From contig CAMDBH010000001.1 of assembly GCA_945889325.1 (NCBI GenBank), positions 27,096-91,095 of the forward strand: a stretch of 64,000 nt of DNA. The letters are read 5' to 3'. Numbering within the stretch: the stretch's first letter is position 1; each line of letters begins with the position of its first letter. The translations under genes were made by a program, and so were the position numbers. The DNA is from Klebsiella pneumoniae (GTDB taxonomy: Bacteria; Myxococcota_A; UBA9042). The notes beneath the pieces were generated by a model. That model saw only the letters and a list, made by a program, of their open reading frames with translations, was not told the origin of the DNA and made no database searches. Below, one piece after another: positions 29,195 through 41,949 of this stretch.

Positions 29195-29692
29195 CCCGCA
29201 GCCAAAGCCGCAAGGTCGGCTGTGTCCCCCCATCGGGAAAGGAGCCTTCGCAGCGCTCCACCAGCCTCGGCTGGAAATCGCTGCAAGAGGATGACGTCCG
29301 GATAAGACGTTGTTCCCTCCGCGAAGGCACGATGGGCGCTATCCGCTCAGTTTCTTTGCGCTTTGCCGCGCAGAGAATGGAGGTTAGCGATCGCGTTGAT
29401 GGCAAATCGCCGGGCTCGTCCTGGAAGATGTCATCACCCGCTGGGTGGCTAAGTCGGCACTTGTGCACGACTTTGAGCCACTTGGTCAAGCGCATCGCCG
29501 GCTGAGACGGTCCCGCGAAGAGGTCCGTAAGAATTTTGCCGTGCTCAAGACGCATCATGGGATGCGTCGGTAGCACGGGGCGGACACGATCGTCTCGCTG
29601 AATGTGCGCAATAGCAATAGGCTTTGTAAAAAAGCGCCCGAACGAACTTCTTGTCTGACACCTAAGTGCTTTTGAAAATGGGAGCGATGTAA
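29195..29692 (+). ncRNA. Candidate ~500-nt structured leader/ncRNA upstream of rpsL
   Basis: Many nested helices are readable by eye (see finding), and there is no credible + strand CDS. Confidence 0.5.
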
Positions 29693-30067
<375 letters not shown>

Positions 30068-30081
30068 TTTTCTGTCCGGCG

Positions 30082-30126
30082 AGAAAAATAAGAGCCAGAA
30101 AAATAAGAGCCAGAAAAGTAAGAGTC
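30082..30126 (+). repeat. 3 x 15-bp tandem repeat in the rpsL-rpsG spacer
   Basis: agaaaaataagagcc twice, then agaaaagtaagagtc. Confidence 0.9.
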
Positions 30127-30161
30127 AGCCGATAAGTCGGCAAATGAATTGGAGATAGACA

Positions 30162-30632
30162 ATGCCCCGTCGTCGCGAAGTACCCAAGCGCCCCGTGCCG
30201 CGTGATCCCAAATACGGCGATCAATTGGTGACCAAGTTCGCCAACTCGTTGATGTATGACGGTAAAAAATCCGTTGCCGAGCGAGTTTTGTACGCCGCCC
30301 TGGCCAAGGTCGAACTGCGCGGCAAGGCCGATCCGGTTCAGCTGTTTCGCACAGCCCTCGACAACATTCGGCCGTCGGTCGAAGTGAAGTCGCGGCGCGT
30401 CGGCGGTTCGAACTATCAGGTTCCCGTGGAAATTCGCCCGGAGCGGCGCACCGCGCTGTCGATTCGCTGGCTCATCGCTTCGGCGCGGGCCCGCGGTGAA
30501 AAATCCATGGACGAAAAATTGGCCAATGAAATTCTGGACGCAGCCAACAACCGCGGCTCGGCGGTCAAGAAGCGCGAAGACGTGCACCGCATGGCAGAAG
30601 CCAACAAAGCGTTTGCGCATTATCGTTGGTAA
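30162..30632 (+). CDS. rpsG: 30S ribosomal protein S7
   Basis: [20 protein letters not shown] and [13 protein letters not shown]. Confidence 0.99.
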   Translation: MPRRREVPKRPVPRDPKYGDQLVTKFANSLMYDGKKSVAERVLYAALAKVELRGKADPVQLFRTALDNIRPSVEVKSRRVGGSNYQVPVEIRPERRTALSIRWLIASARARGEKSMDEKLANEILDAANNRGSAVKKREDVHRMAEANKAFAHYRW

Positions 30633-30723
30633 TCAAATTCGTTTTTCCGGCCCCCTTGCAAGTGAAAAAGATTCTCTTAGCGGCTCCAGTTACTCCCCCC
30701 CCAGCCGAAAAATAGGTAGCCCA

Positions 30724-32814
<2,091 letters not shown>

Positions 32815-32860
32815 ACCTGGTTCATTCGGCCCTTCTCGTTGTTTTCAGTTGGAGTTCATC

Positions 32861-33169
<309 letters not shown>

Positions 33170-33223
33170 GCATTGACGTCAATTTGCGCGCAATGGCAGC
33201 ATTGAAAAGTTAGAGAGGGTGTG

Positions 33224-33844
33224 ATGGCTACAGTCAACGTAGTGAATGTGCAAGGGCAAACGGTCGCAGAGATCGAACTCAACGACGATATTTTCGGCGC
33301 TGAGATCAAGCCGCATTTGCATTGGGAAATCGTGCGCAACCAACTGGCCAATCGCCGAGCGGGCACGCACTCCACCAAAACGCGCACGACGGTTTCCGGC
33401 ACGACGCGCAAGTCGCTGAAGCAAAAAGGCTCGGGCGGTGCACGTCACGGTTCGAAGAAAGCGCCGATCTTTGTCGGCGGCGGCATCGCCCACGGCCCAC
33501 ATCCGCGCAATTACAGCTACGTTGTGCCCAAGCAAGTGCGGCGCGCTGCACTGTGTTCGGCACTGACGACCCGCGCAGCCGCCGGCGACATGATCGTCGT
33601 GGACGAGTTCCATTTTGAAACGCCCAAGACCAAAGAAGCAGCGATCATTTTGCAGCGCTTTGGCGCAACCAAGTCGCTCATTGTCGCGGGTACGGAAAAC
33701 GTGGGCCTGCACAAATCGGTGCGCAATTTGAAATTGGCCAAATATATTCGCGCTGAAGGCGTGAACGTTTTTGATGTTCTGAAACATGACAAGCTGATTT
33801 TGACCGTCGAAGCGGTGCACGCCCTGCACGCGCGTTTGGGCTAA
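33224..33844 (+). CDS. rplD: 50S ribosomal protein L4
   Basis: [20 protein letters not shown] and [11 protein letters not shown]. Confidence 0.98.
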   Translation: MATVNVVNVQGQTVAEIELNDDIFGAEIKPHLHWEIVRNQLANRRAGTHSTKTRTTVSGTTRKSLKQKGSGGARHGSKKAPIFVGGGIAHGPHPRNYSYVVPKQVRRAALCSALTTRAAAGDMIVVDEFHFETPKTKEAAIILQRFGATKSLIVAGTENVGLHKSVRNLKLAKYIRAEGVNVFDVLKHDKLILTVEAVHALHARLG

Positions 33845-33902
33845 ACCCACCTGATATGCATGGATCTGTCAGCTACAGCAGCTGCGACAAAGTGAGATTG
33901 AC

Positions 33903-34199
33903 ATGGCATCGCTTCATTTGACCCAAATTCTAGTTCGGCCGTTGATCACGGAGAAAAACAACCTCGCTCGCGATGCGCGCAATGAGATTGTGTTTGAAGT
34001 CCATAGGGATGCCAACAAGCCGATGATCAAAAATGCCGTCGAGCAATTGTTCGGCGTTCGCGTCGTGGACGTGCGCACGATTTCGCACAAGGGCAAGATT
34101 CGCCGCGTCGGTCGCTTCAGCGGCTTTCGCGCCGATACCAAAAAAGCCATTGTCCAATTGGTCGAAGGCGGCCAGATCGACTTCTTCCAGGGCGTTTGA
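33903..34199 (+). CDS. rplW: 50S ribosomal protein L23
   Basis: RPLITEK, ANKPMIKNAVEQLF and KKAIV. Confidence 0.97.
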   Translation: MASLHLTQILVRPLITEKNNLARDARNEIVFEVHRDANKPMIKNAVEQLFGVRVVDVRTISHKGKIRRVGRFSGFRADTKKAIVQLVEGGQIDFFQGV

Positions 34200-34264
34200 C
34201 CCTTCCGTGGCGTATGGGCCACCAGAATTCGTACCAGTGTCCTGAGCAGGTTTAGGAGAAAGTT

Positions 34265-35086
34265 ATGGGTATCAAGCACTACAGGCCGGTCAGCGCGGGA
34301 ACGCGGCAGCTGGCGCTCAGCGATTACAAAGAAGTCACGACTGACACGCCGGAAAAGTCGCTGATCGCGCCGTTGAGCAAAAGCGGCGGCCGCAATAGCT
34401 ATGGCCGCATCACGGCTTATCAGCGCGGCGGTGGCCACAAGCGTCACTACCGGATTATCGATTTCAAACGCGACAAAGTCGCTGTGCCGGCCAACGTGGC
34501 GACGATCGAATACGATCCGAATCGCTCGGCGCGCATTGCGCTGTTGCATTACGCCGACGGCGAAAAACGCTACATTCTCGCGCCACTGGCCCTCAAAGTC
34601 GGCGACACTGTGATTTCGAGCAAGAACGCCGATATCAAGCCGGGCAATACGCTGCCGCTGGAGTCAATTCCGGTCGGTACAATGATTCACAACATCGAGT
34701 TGCAGCCGGGCAAAGGCGGCCAGATGTGCCGTTCCGCCGGAACTGCAGCGCAATTGATGGCAAAAGAAGGCAAGCATGCCCTGCTCCGCCTGCCCTCGGG
34801 TGAACTGCGCAAGGTCACACGTGATTGCCGGGCAACCATTGGTCAGACCGGCAACCTCGATCACGACAAGATCAATTTGGGCAAAGCGGGCCGCACGCGT
34901 TGGCTGGGCATTCGCCCGCATGTGCGCGGTGTTGCGATGAACCCAGTCGATCACCCGTTGGGTGGTGGTGAAGGTCGGACTTCAGGTGGTCGTCATCCGA
35001 CGACGCCCTGGGGCAAGAAGACCAAGGGACCCAAGACGCGCAGCAACAAGCGGACCAACCGTTTGATCGTTTCGCGGCGCAAGTAA
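34265..35086 (+). CDS. rplB: 50S ribosomal protein L2
   Basis: [15 protein letters not shown] and [17 protein letters not shown]. Confidence 0.99.
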   Translation: MGIKHYRPVSAGTRQLALSDYKEVTTDTPEKSLIAPLSKSGGRNSYGRITAYQRGGGHKRHYRIIDFKRDKVAVPANVATIEYDPNRSARIALLHYADGEKRYILAPLALKVGDTVISSKNADIKPGNTLPLESIPVGTMIHNIELQPGKGGQMCRSAGTAAQLMAKEGKHALLRLPSGELRKVTRDCRATIGQTGNLDHDKINLGKAGRTRWLGIRPHVRGVAMNPVDHPLGGGEGRTSGGRHPTTPWGKKTKGPKTRSNKRTNRLIVSRRK

Positions 35087-35150
35087 CAGCACGATTTTAT
35101 TCTGATGATCGGCTCACGGGCCGGGCAAGTTTAGCAAGCAGAGGAAACAC

Positions 35151-35429
35151 ATGGCGCGTTCGATTAAGAAAGGTCCGTTTGTCGACGGGCACTTGAAAGT
35201 CAAAGTCGAAGAGGCGGTGCGCACGGGCAACAAGCGGCCGATCAAGACCTGGTCGCGGCGTTCGACCGTGTTCCCCGACTTTGTCGGTTTGAATTTCATG
35301 GTCCACAACGGCAAGAAGTTCGTCCCTGTTTTCGTTACGGAAAACATGGTCGGTCACAAGTTGGGCGAGTTTTCGCCGACGCGGACATTTTACGGACACT
35401 CGGCTGATAAGAAAGTTAAAAAACGATAG
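35151..35429 (+). CDS. rpsS: 30S ribosomal protein S19
   Basis: [15 protein letters not shown] and [13 protein letters not shown]. Confidence 0.99.
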   Translation: MARSIKKGPFVDGHLKVKVEEAVRTGNKRPIKTWSRRSTVFPDFVGLNFMVHNGKKFVPVFVTENMVGHKLGEFSPTRTFYGHSADKKVKKR

Positions 35430-35503
35430 GGCAAACAGGCCAAGCAGCGTTAGAAATTGTTTGGAAAGCGCGGAGCAACTCCGCGAAGTTCTTGGAGTTT
35501 ATC

Positions 35504-35851
35504 ATGGCTGACACATCAACGAGTTTTCGAGTCCATCTGAGCGATCTCAACATCGCGCCGCGCAAAGTGCGGGTGGTCATCGATCAGATTCGCAACAAAC
35601 CGGTGGCCGAAGCGCTGAACATCTTGGCATTTACTGTCAAGCTGGGCGCGTTGCCGATGAAGAAATTGCTCGACAGCGCCATTGCCAATGCGCGCAACAA
35701 CCACGACGCCGACGTCGATGCGCTGTTTGTCAAAGCGGTTTTTGTCGATCAGGCGCGGATGCTCAAGCGGTTCACGCCGCGGGCGCAGGGGCGCGCGACC
35801 AAGATTTTGAAAAAGTCGAGCCATGTGACGCTCGAACTCGGTGTTCGTTAA
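35504..35851 (+). CDS. rplV: 50S ribosomal protein L22
   Basis: APRKVRVV, SAIANA and PRAQGRA. Confidence 0.97.
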   Translation: MADTSTSFRVHLSDLNIAPRKVRVVIDQIRNKPVAEALNILAFTVKLGALPMKKLLDSAIANARNNHDADVDALFVKAVFVDQARMLKRFTPRAQGRATKILKKSSHVTLELGVR

Positions 35852-35928
35852 CTTGTTGAAATAGTTTTTCGTTCGGCGACTTCTTCGCACGATTGTGCAA
35901 GCGGTTCTAAGAAAGAGTAGAGGGTACA

Positions 35929-36576
35929 GTGGGACAAAAAAGCCATCCGAACGGTCTGCGCTTGGGCGTGATTCGCACCTGGAACTCCAAATGGTTCGAG
36001 GAAAAGAATTATTGCACGTGGTTGCACGAGGATCTGCAGATTCGCAAGCTCATCAAGGGCAAGATGAATCACGCTGGTATTTCGCGCATCGACATCGAGC
36101 GTCGCGCGCGGCAAATTCGCATCGGCGTGCACACCGCGCGCCCGGGCATTCTGATCGGGCCCAAGGGCAAAGAAGCCGAGAAACTCAAGGCCATGTTGGC
36201 CAAGATCGCTCAGGGTGAGATTGTCCTGTCGATTCATGAGATTCGCCGCGCGGAAACCGACGCGCAGCTCGTTGCTGAAAGCATCGCAACCCAGCTCGAA
36301 CGCCGCGTGGCGTTCCGGCGCGCGATGCGCAAGGCCATGCAGGCCGCGCAGAAATTTGGCATCAAAGGCATCCGCGTGGCTTGTTCGGGCCGTTTGGGCG
36401 GCGCCGAAATGGGCCGTTACGAGTGGTACCGCGAAGGCCGCGTCCCCCTGCACACGTTGCGCGCCGACATCCAGTACGGCGAGGCGTTGGCCAAGACGAC
36501 CTTTGGCATTTGCGGCGTCAAAACGTGGATTTACCACGGTGACATTTTGCCGGAACGTTCGGGCCAAGCAAAGTAA
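35929..36576 (+). CDS. rpsC: 30S ribosomal protein S3
   Basis: [20 protein letters not shown] and [12 protein letters not shown]. Confidence 0.99.
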   Translation: MGQKSHPNGLRLGVIRTWNSKWFEEKNYCTWLHEDLQIRKLIKGKMNHAGISRIDIERRARQIRIGVHTARPGILIGPKGKEAEKLKAMLAKIAQGEIVLSIHEIRRAETDAQLVAESIATQLERRVAFRRAMRKAMQAAQKFGIKGIRVACSGRLGGAEMGRYEWYREGRVPLHTLRADIQYGEALAKTTFGICGVKTWIYHGDILPERSGQAK

Positions 36577-36587
36577 CCCAATTCCGG

Positions 36588-36613
36588 GTAGGGGCGGGTC
36601 TCCGTGCCCGCCC
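36588..36613 (+). repeat. GTAG-type REP palindrome
   Basis: GTAG-GGGCGGG-TCTCCGTG-CCCGCCC, a GTAG tetranucleotide followed by a GC-rich hairpin. Confidence 0.55.
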
Positions 36614-36678
36614 CCCGCGAGCAACCGCTCGCGGAAAACACGCGAATTTCGATTCGCAAATTGTGTAGGAGAGCAGCC

Positions 36679-37095
36679 ATGTTGGCTCCCAAGCGCGTCC
36701 TTTGGCGCAAAGTACAAAAAGGCAAGATGCGGGGCACAGCGCACCGCGGCAACGAGGTCAGCTACGGCGACTTCGGCCTAATGGCTACGGAATGCGGCTA
36801 CTTAACCAGCCGCCAGATTGAAGCAGCGCGTATTTCCATGACCCGCAAGGTCAAGCGCGATGCCAAGATTTGGATCCGGATCTTTCCGCACAAGCCAATT
36901 TCCAAGAAGCCCGCCGAAACCCGCATGGGCAAAGGCAAAGGGCCACCGGATCATTGGGTTGCCGTGGTTTATCCAGGCACGATGTTGTACGAAATTCAGG
37001 CGGACGATCCCGCGCTCATCAAGGAAGCGTTGGGCAATGCCGCGCACAAGTTGCCGCTTAAGACGCGCGTTGTGGCCCGTGGCGAGATCGGCTGA
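36679..37095 (+). CDS. rplP: 50S ribosomal protein L16
   Basis: MLAPKR, RQIEAAR, WIRIFP and ETRMGKGKG. Confidence 0.99.
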   Translation: MLAPKRVLWRKVQKGKMRGTAHRGNEVSYGDFGLMATECGYLTSRQIEAARISMTRKVKRDAKIWIRIFPHKPISKKPAETRMGKGKGPPDHWVAVVYPGTMLYEIQADDPALIKEALGNAAHKLPLKTRVVARGEIG

Positions 37096-37125
37096 TCCGC
37101 CAAAGTCACAGCTGGGAGAAATCGG

Positions 37126-37365
37126 ATGAATGCGAGTGTTATCAGTGAATTGACGGCAGCCGAGCTGCAGCGCAAAGAGCAGGAACTGCGCGACGAATTG
37201 TTTCGTCTGCGTTTCCAGCACCATACCGGCCAGTTGCCGAGTCCGATCAAGCTGCGCACCGCGCGGCGCGAACTGGCCCGCGTGCTGACGCGCATGCGCG
37301 AACTCGAACTGAGCATCCATAGCGAACGCGGCACAGCGAAAGCCGACGACAAGACGGAGTCCTAA
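37126..37365 (+). CDS. rpmC: 50S ribosomal protein L29
   Basis: ELFRLRFQHHTGQL and RRELARVLT, in the expected position. Confidence 0.96.
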   Translation: MNASVISELTAAELQRKEQELRDELFRLRFQHHTGQLPSPIKLRTARRELARVLTRMRELELSIHSERGTAKADDKTES

Positions 37366-37367
37366 CC

Positions 37368-37700
37368 ATGGTTGATGCAACAGAAATGAGCGCTTCAGAA
37401 ATCGATGCGGCCGAAGCCTCGGTCGATGGTATCGTCGTTGACGAACATGGCCGCCACCGTCGCACCGCGACCGGCATCGTCGTTTCGACGGCGATGGACA
37501 AAACTGTCGTGGTTTCCGTTACTCGCGTGTTTCTGCACCCGAAGTACCGCAAGTACGTTCGTCGGCGCAAGAAATACATGACCCACGATGAACACAGCGT
37601 TTGCGGCATGGGCGACCAGGTCGTGATCGAAGAATGCCGTCCGCTGAGCAAGCACAAACGCTGGCGCTACAAAGCGACGTTGCGCAAAAAAGAAGCGTAA
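37368..37700 (+). CDS. rpsQ: 30S ribosomal protein S17
   Basis: [20 protein letters not shown] and [10 protein letters not shown]. Confidence 0.97.
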   Translation: MVDATEMSASEIDAAEASVDGIVVDEHGRHRRTATGIVVSTAMDKTVVVSVTRVFLHPKYRKYVRRRKKYMTHDEHSVCGMGDQVVIEECRPLSKHKRWRYKATLRKKEA

Positions 37701-37758
37701 ATATGGCGGCGATCGGGAAACCGGTTGGCGAACCCTACGCAATGACAGGAGAAAGACG

Positions 37759-38127
37759 ATGATTCAGACCGAAACCTACCTCACAGTGGCCGACAATTCC
37801 GGTGCAAAGCAATTGCGTTGCATCAAGGTGCTCGGCGGCTCCAAGCGCAAGTACGCTTCGCTTGGCGACATTATCGTCTGTTCCGTGCGCGAGGCGCTGC
37901 CGAAATCCAAGGTGAAAAAGGGCGATGTGGTCAAGGCCGTCATCGTGCGCACTACCAAGGAAGTCGGCCGCGAGGACGGCTCGTACATCAAATTCGATGG
38001 CAACGCCGCGGTTGTGATCAACAACCAGAAAGAGCCAGTCGGCACGCGTATCTTTGGGCCAGTGGCGCGTGAATTGCGCGCCAAACGGTTCATGAAAATT
38101 GTGTCCCTGGCACCGGAAGTTCTGTAA
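37759..38127 (+). CDS. rplN: 50S ribosomal protein L14
   Basis: [20 protein letters not shown] and SLAPEVL. Confidence 0.99.
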   Translation: MIQTETYLTVADNSGAKQLRCIKVLGGSKRKYASLGDIIVCSVREALPKSKVKKGDVVKAVIVRTTKEVGREDGSYIKFDGNAAVVINNQKEPVGTRIFGPVARELRAKRFMKIVSLAPEVL

Positions 38128-38186
38128 ATCGAACGGAAAAATTTGGCGGCGTTCCGTCAGTCAGTTTGAAGATTGAGGGTTGGATC

Positions 38187-38519
38187 ATGCGCAAGATTAA
38201 GAAAAATGACTTGGTGATGATTATTGCGGGCAAAGATCTCGGCAAAAGCGGCAAAGTGCTGCGGCTGGTCGAAGATGGCAAACGCGTAGTTGTTGAAAAA
38301 ATTAACATGATCAAGCGCCATCAAAAGGCCAAGCGCCAAGGTATGGAAGCTGGGATCATTGAAAAAGAAGCGCCGCTCGATGTGAGCAACGTGGCGCTTG
38401 TCAGCCCGACGACCGGTAAAGCGGTGCGGGTCGGCTTCAAGATGATGGAAGATTCCAAGGGTCGCGAGCGCAAAGTGCGCGTGGTGGCCAAGACCGGCGA
38501 AGTTTTGGATACGCTGTAA
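38187..38519 (+). CDS. rplX: 50S ribosomal protein L24
   Basis: IKKNDLV..IAGKDLGKSG and EAPLDVSNV. Confidence 0.97.
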   Translation: MRKIKKNDLVMIIAGKDLGKSGKVLRLVEDGKRVVVEKINMIKRHQKAKRQGMEAGIIEKEAPLDVSNVALVSPTTGKAVRVGFKMMEDSKGRERKVRVVAKTGEVLDTL

Positions 38520-38586
38520 GAATAGCGGCATACGGTTCATCGTTGGCGCAATCAGGCGCTGACGAAGGGACAAAAAGGGAAAAGCG

Positions 38587-39129
38587 ATGGCTACGCGACT
38601 GCAAGAACGCTACAAGAAAGAAATCGTCCCGGCGCTGACCAAAGAGTTCAGCTATACCAACGTGATGCAAGTGCCGCGTTTGGAAAAGATTGTGATCAAC
38701 TTTGGTTTGGGCGAAGCAACGCAGAACCCCAAGGTGATCGAGAAAACCGTGGAGCACTTGTCGGCGATCGCTGGGCAAAAGCCGATCGTTACGCGCTCGC
38801 GCAAAGCGATTGCGAACTTCAAGCTGCGCGAGAACATTCCGATCGGCGTCAAGGTGACTTTGCGCAGCGATCGCATGAATGAATTTCTCGATCGTTTGTT
38901 GACCGTGGCTTTGCCGCGGGTGCGCGACTTTCGCGGCGTCAGCGCCAAGGGCTTTGACGGACGCGGTAACTTTACGCTCGGTCTGAAAGAGCAGATTATC
39001 TTTCCTGAAATCAGCTACGACCAAGTCGACAAGGTGCGCGGCATGAACATCACCGTGGTCACGACGGCCAAAACGGACGCCGAAGCCAAAGCGCTGCTGG
39101 CGCATTACGGCATGCCATTTCGCAAGTAG
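38587..39129 (+). CDS. rplE: 50S ribosomal protein L5
   Basis: [19 protein letters not shown] and FDGRGN. Confidence 0.99.
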   Translation: MATRLQERYKKEIVPALTKEFSYTNVMQVPRLEKIVINFGLGEATQNPKVIEKTVEHLSAIAGQKPIVTRSRKAIANFKLRENIPIGVKVTLRSDRMNEFLDRLLTVALPRVRDFRGVSAKGFDGRGNFTLGLKEQIIFPEISYDQVDKVRGMNITVVTTAKTDAEAKALLAHYGMPFRK

Positions 39130-39210
39130 GCGAACCGCACCGAACCAAAACGCGCAGGCGCGCGGGCAACACGACGGCGCACAAGCACCGCGGCATCTGA
39201 AGGGTAAATT

Positions 39211-39396
39211 ATGGCCAAGACTAGCAAAATCGTCGCTTCGACGCGCAAGCCCAAGTTCTCAACGCAAGCGCATAGCCGCTGCAAGCGCTGCGGACGGTCC
39301 AAGGCTTACATCCGCAAATTCGGTATGTGCCGCATCTGCTTTCGCGAACTGGCGGTGCGCGGCGAACTGCCGGGCGTGACCAAAGCGTCTTGGTAA
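39211..39396 (+). CDS. rpsZ: 30S ribosomal protein S14 type Z (Zn-binding)
   Basis: RCKRCGR...CRICFR and PGVTKASW. Confidence 0.97.
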   Translation: MAKTSKIVASTRKPKFSTQAHSRCKRCGRSKAYIRKFGMCRICFRELAVRGELPGVTKASW

Positions 39397-39505
39397 GGAC
39401 CTGAACTCGCGGGCATTTGGCTTTGCGGGCGCAGGCAATACTGGAACGAAACAGTGTCTTTGAACTGACTTTTAGCGCGCAAACAAGCGCAATTAGAGTG
39501 ACAAC

Positions 39506-39904
39506 ATGGCGACGACAGACCCGATCGCAGACTTCTTGACCCGCGTGCGCAACGGCATCATGGCCCGCCATGATGAAGTGCCCGTGCCGGCTTCCAACAT
39601 GATTCGTTCGATCGCGAACATTCTGTTGCAGGAGGGCTACATCACGGCCGTGACCGAAAAGCAGGAAACTGCCCAGGGCACCATCGTGGTCAAGCTGCGC
39701 TACGCCGCAGACAAAACCAACGTGATTACGGGGATTCGTCGCGCATCGCGGCCGGGTCAGCGGCGTTACGTCGGCGTGGGCACGATTCCTCGCGTCAAAA
39801 ATGGCATGGGTATCGCGATTTTGTCTACATCGGGCGGCGTGCTGACCGGTGCCAAAGCGCGTCAGGCCAATTTGGGCGGCGAATTGCTGTGCACCGTTTG
39901 GTAG
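39506..39904 (+). CDS. rpsH: 30S ribosomal protein S8
   Basis: DPIADFLTRVRN, SRPG and GGELLCTVW. Confidence 0.98.
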   Translation: MATTDPIADFLTRVRNGIMARHDEVPVPASNMIRSIANILLQEGYITAVTEKQETAQGTIVVKLRYAADKTNVITGIRRASRPGQRRYVGVGTIPRVKNGMGIAILSTSGGVLTGAKARQANLGGELLCTVW

Positions 39905-40027
39905 GGCAGAGAAACTTTGGCAGCCCAGAGAGAACTTTGAAGTTAGCGTTTTCAGTCGCTTGTTGACTGAAAAACCAGCCGCGAACGCCGTTGCAAAACC
40001 AACGGCAGAAACATTGAGAGTGCAACC

Positions 40028-40618
40028 ATGGCTCAGGAAATCGCCACCCCGCAAAAAACCATCGTCGTGTCGCGTGTCGGCAAGGCACCGGTTGCGCTGC
40101 CGCCCAAGGTGACCATTAGTGTCGCTGGCGACAACGTGACCGTCAAAGGTCCGCTAGGCCAACTTTCGCGCAAAATCGTCGGCGTGACGATCGAACAAAG
40201 CCAAGGGTCGGCCACGGTGCATCCGCTGGACAATACCCGTCAGAACAAGGCATTGCACGGCTTGGGTCGCAACTTGTTGCGCAACATGGTGCAAGGCGTG
40301 TCCGTTGGTTACAAACGCGAACTCGACGTCATCGGCGTCGGTTTTCGTATCGAAGCCGTGGGCCAAGCGCTGAAATTCTCGATCGGTTTTTCGCACACGG
40401 TGACCTTTCCACTGCCCAAAGAGGTCGTGTGCAAGATCGACAAGCAAACGCATTTGGAGTTGACTTCGGTCGACAAGGAATTGCTTGGCCAAGTGGCCGC
40501 CAATATCCGCGGTTTGCGTCCGCCCGAGCCGTACAAGGGCAAGGGCATCCGCTATTCAGACGAAAAAGTCCGCCAGAAAGCTGGTAAGTCCGGCGGCAAG
40601 GGCGGCAAGAAGAAGTAG
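40028..40618 (+). CDS. rplF: 50S ribosomal protein L6
   Basis: SRVGKAP, VKGPLG and RPPEPYKGKGIRY. Confidence 0.98.
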   Translation: MAQEIATPQKTIVVSRVGKAPVALPPKVTISVAGDNVTVKGPLGQLSRKIVGVTIEQSQGSATVHPLDNTRQNKALHGLGRNLLRNMVQGVSVGYKRELDVIGVGFRIEAVGQALKFSIGFSHTVTFPLPKEVVCKIDKQTHLELTSVDKELLGQVAANIRGLRPPEPYKGKGIRYSDEKVRQKAGKSGGKGGKKK

Positions 40619-40789
40619 CTGCAACGGCAGTTATGACTGCAAGTGTATGGATAATCGGCGAATCTGCCCACTTTGGCGCAGATGCCGCCCCGGCTGCAAG
40701 GTGCCAATCTGGCGATGGACCAGAAAAACGCGCCACGCAACGAGTGAAAGCCGAGTCATCTCAGACTGGGCGAATTGAGGAAGTGCAAG

Positions 40790-41206
40790 ATGTTGATCAA
40801 GAAGTACAAAGATGCGCGCGAGCACCGCAAGGTTCGGTTGCGCTTTACCATTCGCGGCACCGCCGACCGACCGCGCTTGAGCGTGTTTCGTTCGAGCAAA
40901 CACATTTATGTGCAAATTATCGATGACGATTCCGGCGCAACGCTGGCAGCGGCGTCGACGGTTGAAGCCGGGCTTCGCGCATTTGACGGCAACAAGACCG
41001 CCGCTGCGGAAGCTGTGGGTCGGTTGGCCGCGGATCGGGCGATCGCCAAGGGGATCACCAAATTGGTCTTTGATCGCAATGGTTTTCGCTACACCGGCCG
41101 CGTCGCTGGTGTGTCAAAAGCCGCCCATGAGATGGGGCTCTTGAGCAAAGAAGGCTACAACGCAAGCGTCGGCGGCACCCCCCACCCCCACGGCACCCAG
41201 GAGTAA
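40790..41206 (+). CDS. rplR: 50S ribosomal protein L18
   Basis: RPRLSVFRSSKHIYVQIIDD and VFDRNGFRYTGRV. Confidence 0.98.
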   Translation: MLIKKYKDAREHRKVRLRFTIRGTADRPRLSVFRSSKHIYVQIIDDDSGATLAAASTVEAGLRAFDGNKTAAAEAVGRLAADRAIAKGITKLVFDRNGFRYTGRVAGVSKAAHEMGLLSKEGYNASVGGTPHPHGTQE

Positions 41207-41212
41207 TGAAAA

Positions 41213-41824
41213 ATGGCTGAGAATACACGTCAAGGTCCGGGTCAAGGGCAAGGTCAGGGCCCCGGTGGTCACGGTCCCGGTGGTGGTCAAGGACACGGCG
41301 GCCGCGAAGCGCGTCAACCGCGCCGCGATCGTCCGGAGCAGAGCGAAGACGGCTTGGGCAGCGCGACGATCGCGATCAACCGCACAGCCAAGGTTGTCAA
41401 AGGCGGACGGCGTTTTAGTTTTAGCGCGCTCATCGTGGTCGGCGACGGCAAGGGTATGGTCGGCGTCGGCATGGGCAAAGCTGCCGAAGTGCCCGAAGCG
41501 ATTCGCAAAGGCACCGATCAAGCCAAGAAGAACATGTTCAAAGTACCGATGGTCAAAGGCACTTTGCCGCACGACGCGCTCGGCCACTACGGCGCCGGCG
41601 AAGTCATGCTGCGTCCGGCCAGCCGCGGTACCGGCGTCATCGCGGGTGGTCCTGTTCGCGCTGTGCTCGAGCAAGCCGGCGTGCGCGATGTTGTGACCAA
41701 ATGCATCGGCAGCAACAATCCGCACAACGTTGTGCGCGCAACTGTGGCTGCACTCAAGCAATTACGCACTGTCGACCAGATCAGCGCCCGCCGCGGCAAG
41801 CCGATCGAAGAGCTGCGGGGTTAG
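41213..41824 (+). CDS. rpsE: 30S ribosomal protein S5
   Basis: [16 protein letters not shown] and GTGVIAGG. Confidence 0.98.
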   Translation: MAENTRQGPGQGQGQGPGGHGPGGGQGHGGREARQPRRDRPEQSEDGLGSATIAINRTAKVVKGGRRFSFSALIVVGDGKGMVGVGMGKAAEVPEAIRKGTDQAKKNMFKVPMVKGTLPHDALGHYGAGEVMLRPASRGTGVIAGGPVRAVLEQAGVRDVVTKCIGSNNPHNVVRATVAALKQLRTVDQISARRGKPIEELRG

Positions 41825-41949
41825 TTTCCCGAGCAACGCGCCCGTCGCTGGAGCACCAGTTTCGGGCGCGTTTGCTGCTTTTGCCCTTGATTTTTCTGGC
41901 GGTAGCGTTCATACTGCTGCCCCCTCGCAAGTTTTCCGGAGATACGAAA

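Noticed and set aside
29195-29692. RNase P RNA, tmRNA, SRP RNA or tRNA identity for the structured region
   Set aside because: I found no GAGGAAAGTCC, no tRNA-like ends with a T-loop and CCA, and no SRP GGAA/AGCAG loop.
30082-30126. CRISPR array
   Set aside because: The 15-bp units are directly adjacent with no spacers, and there are no cas genes.
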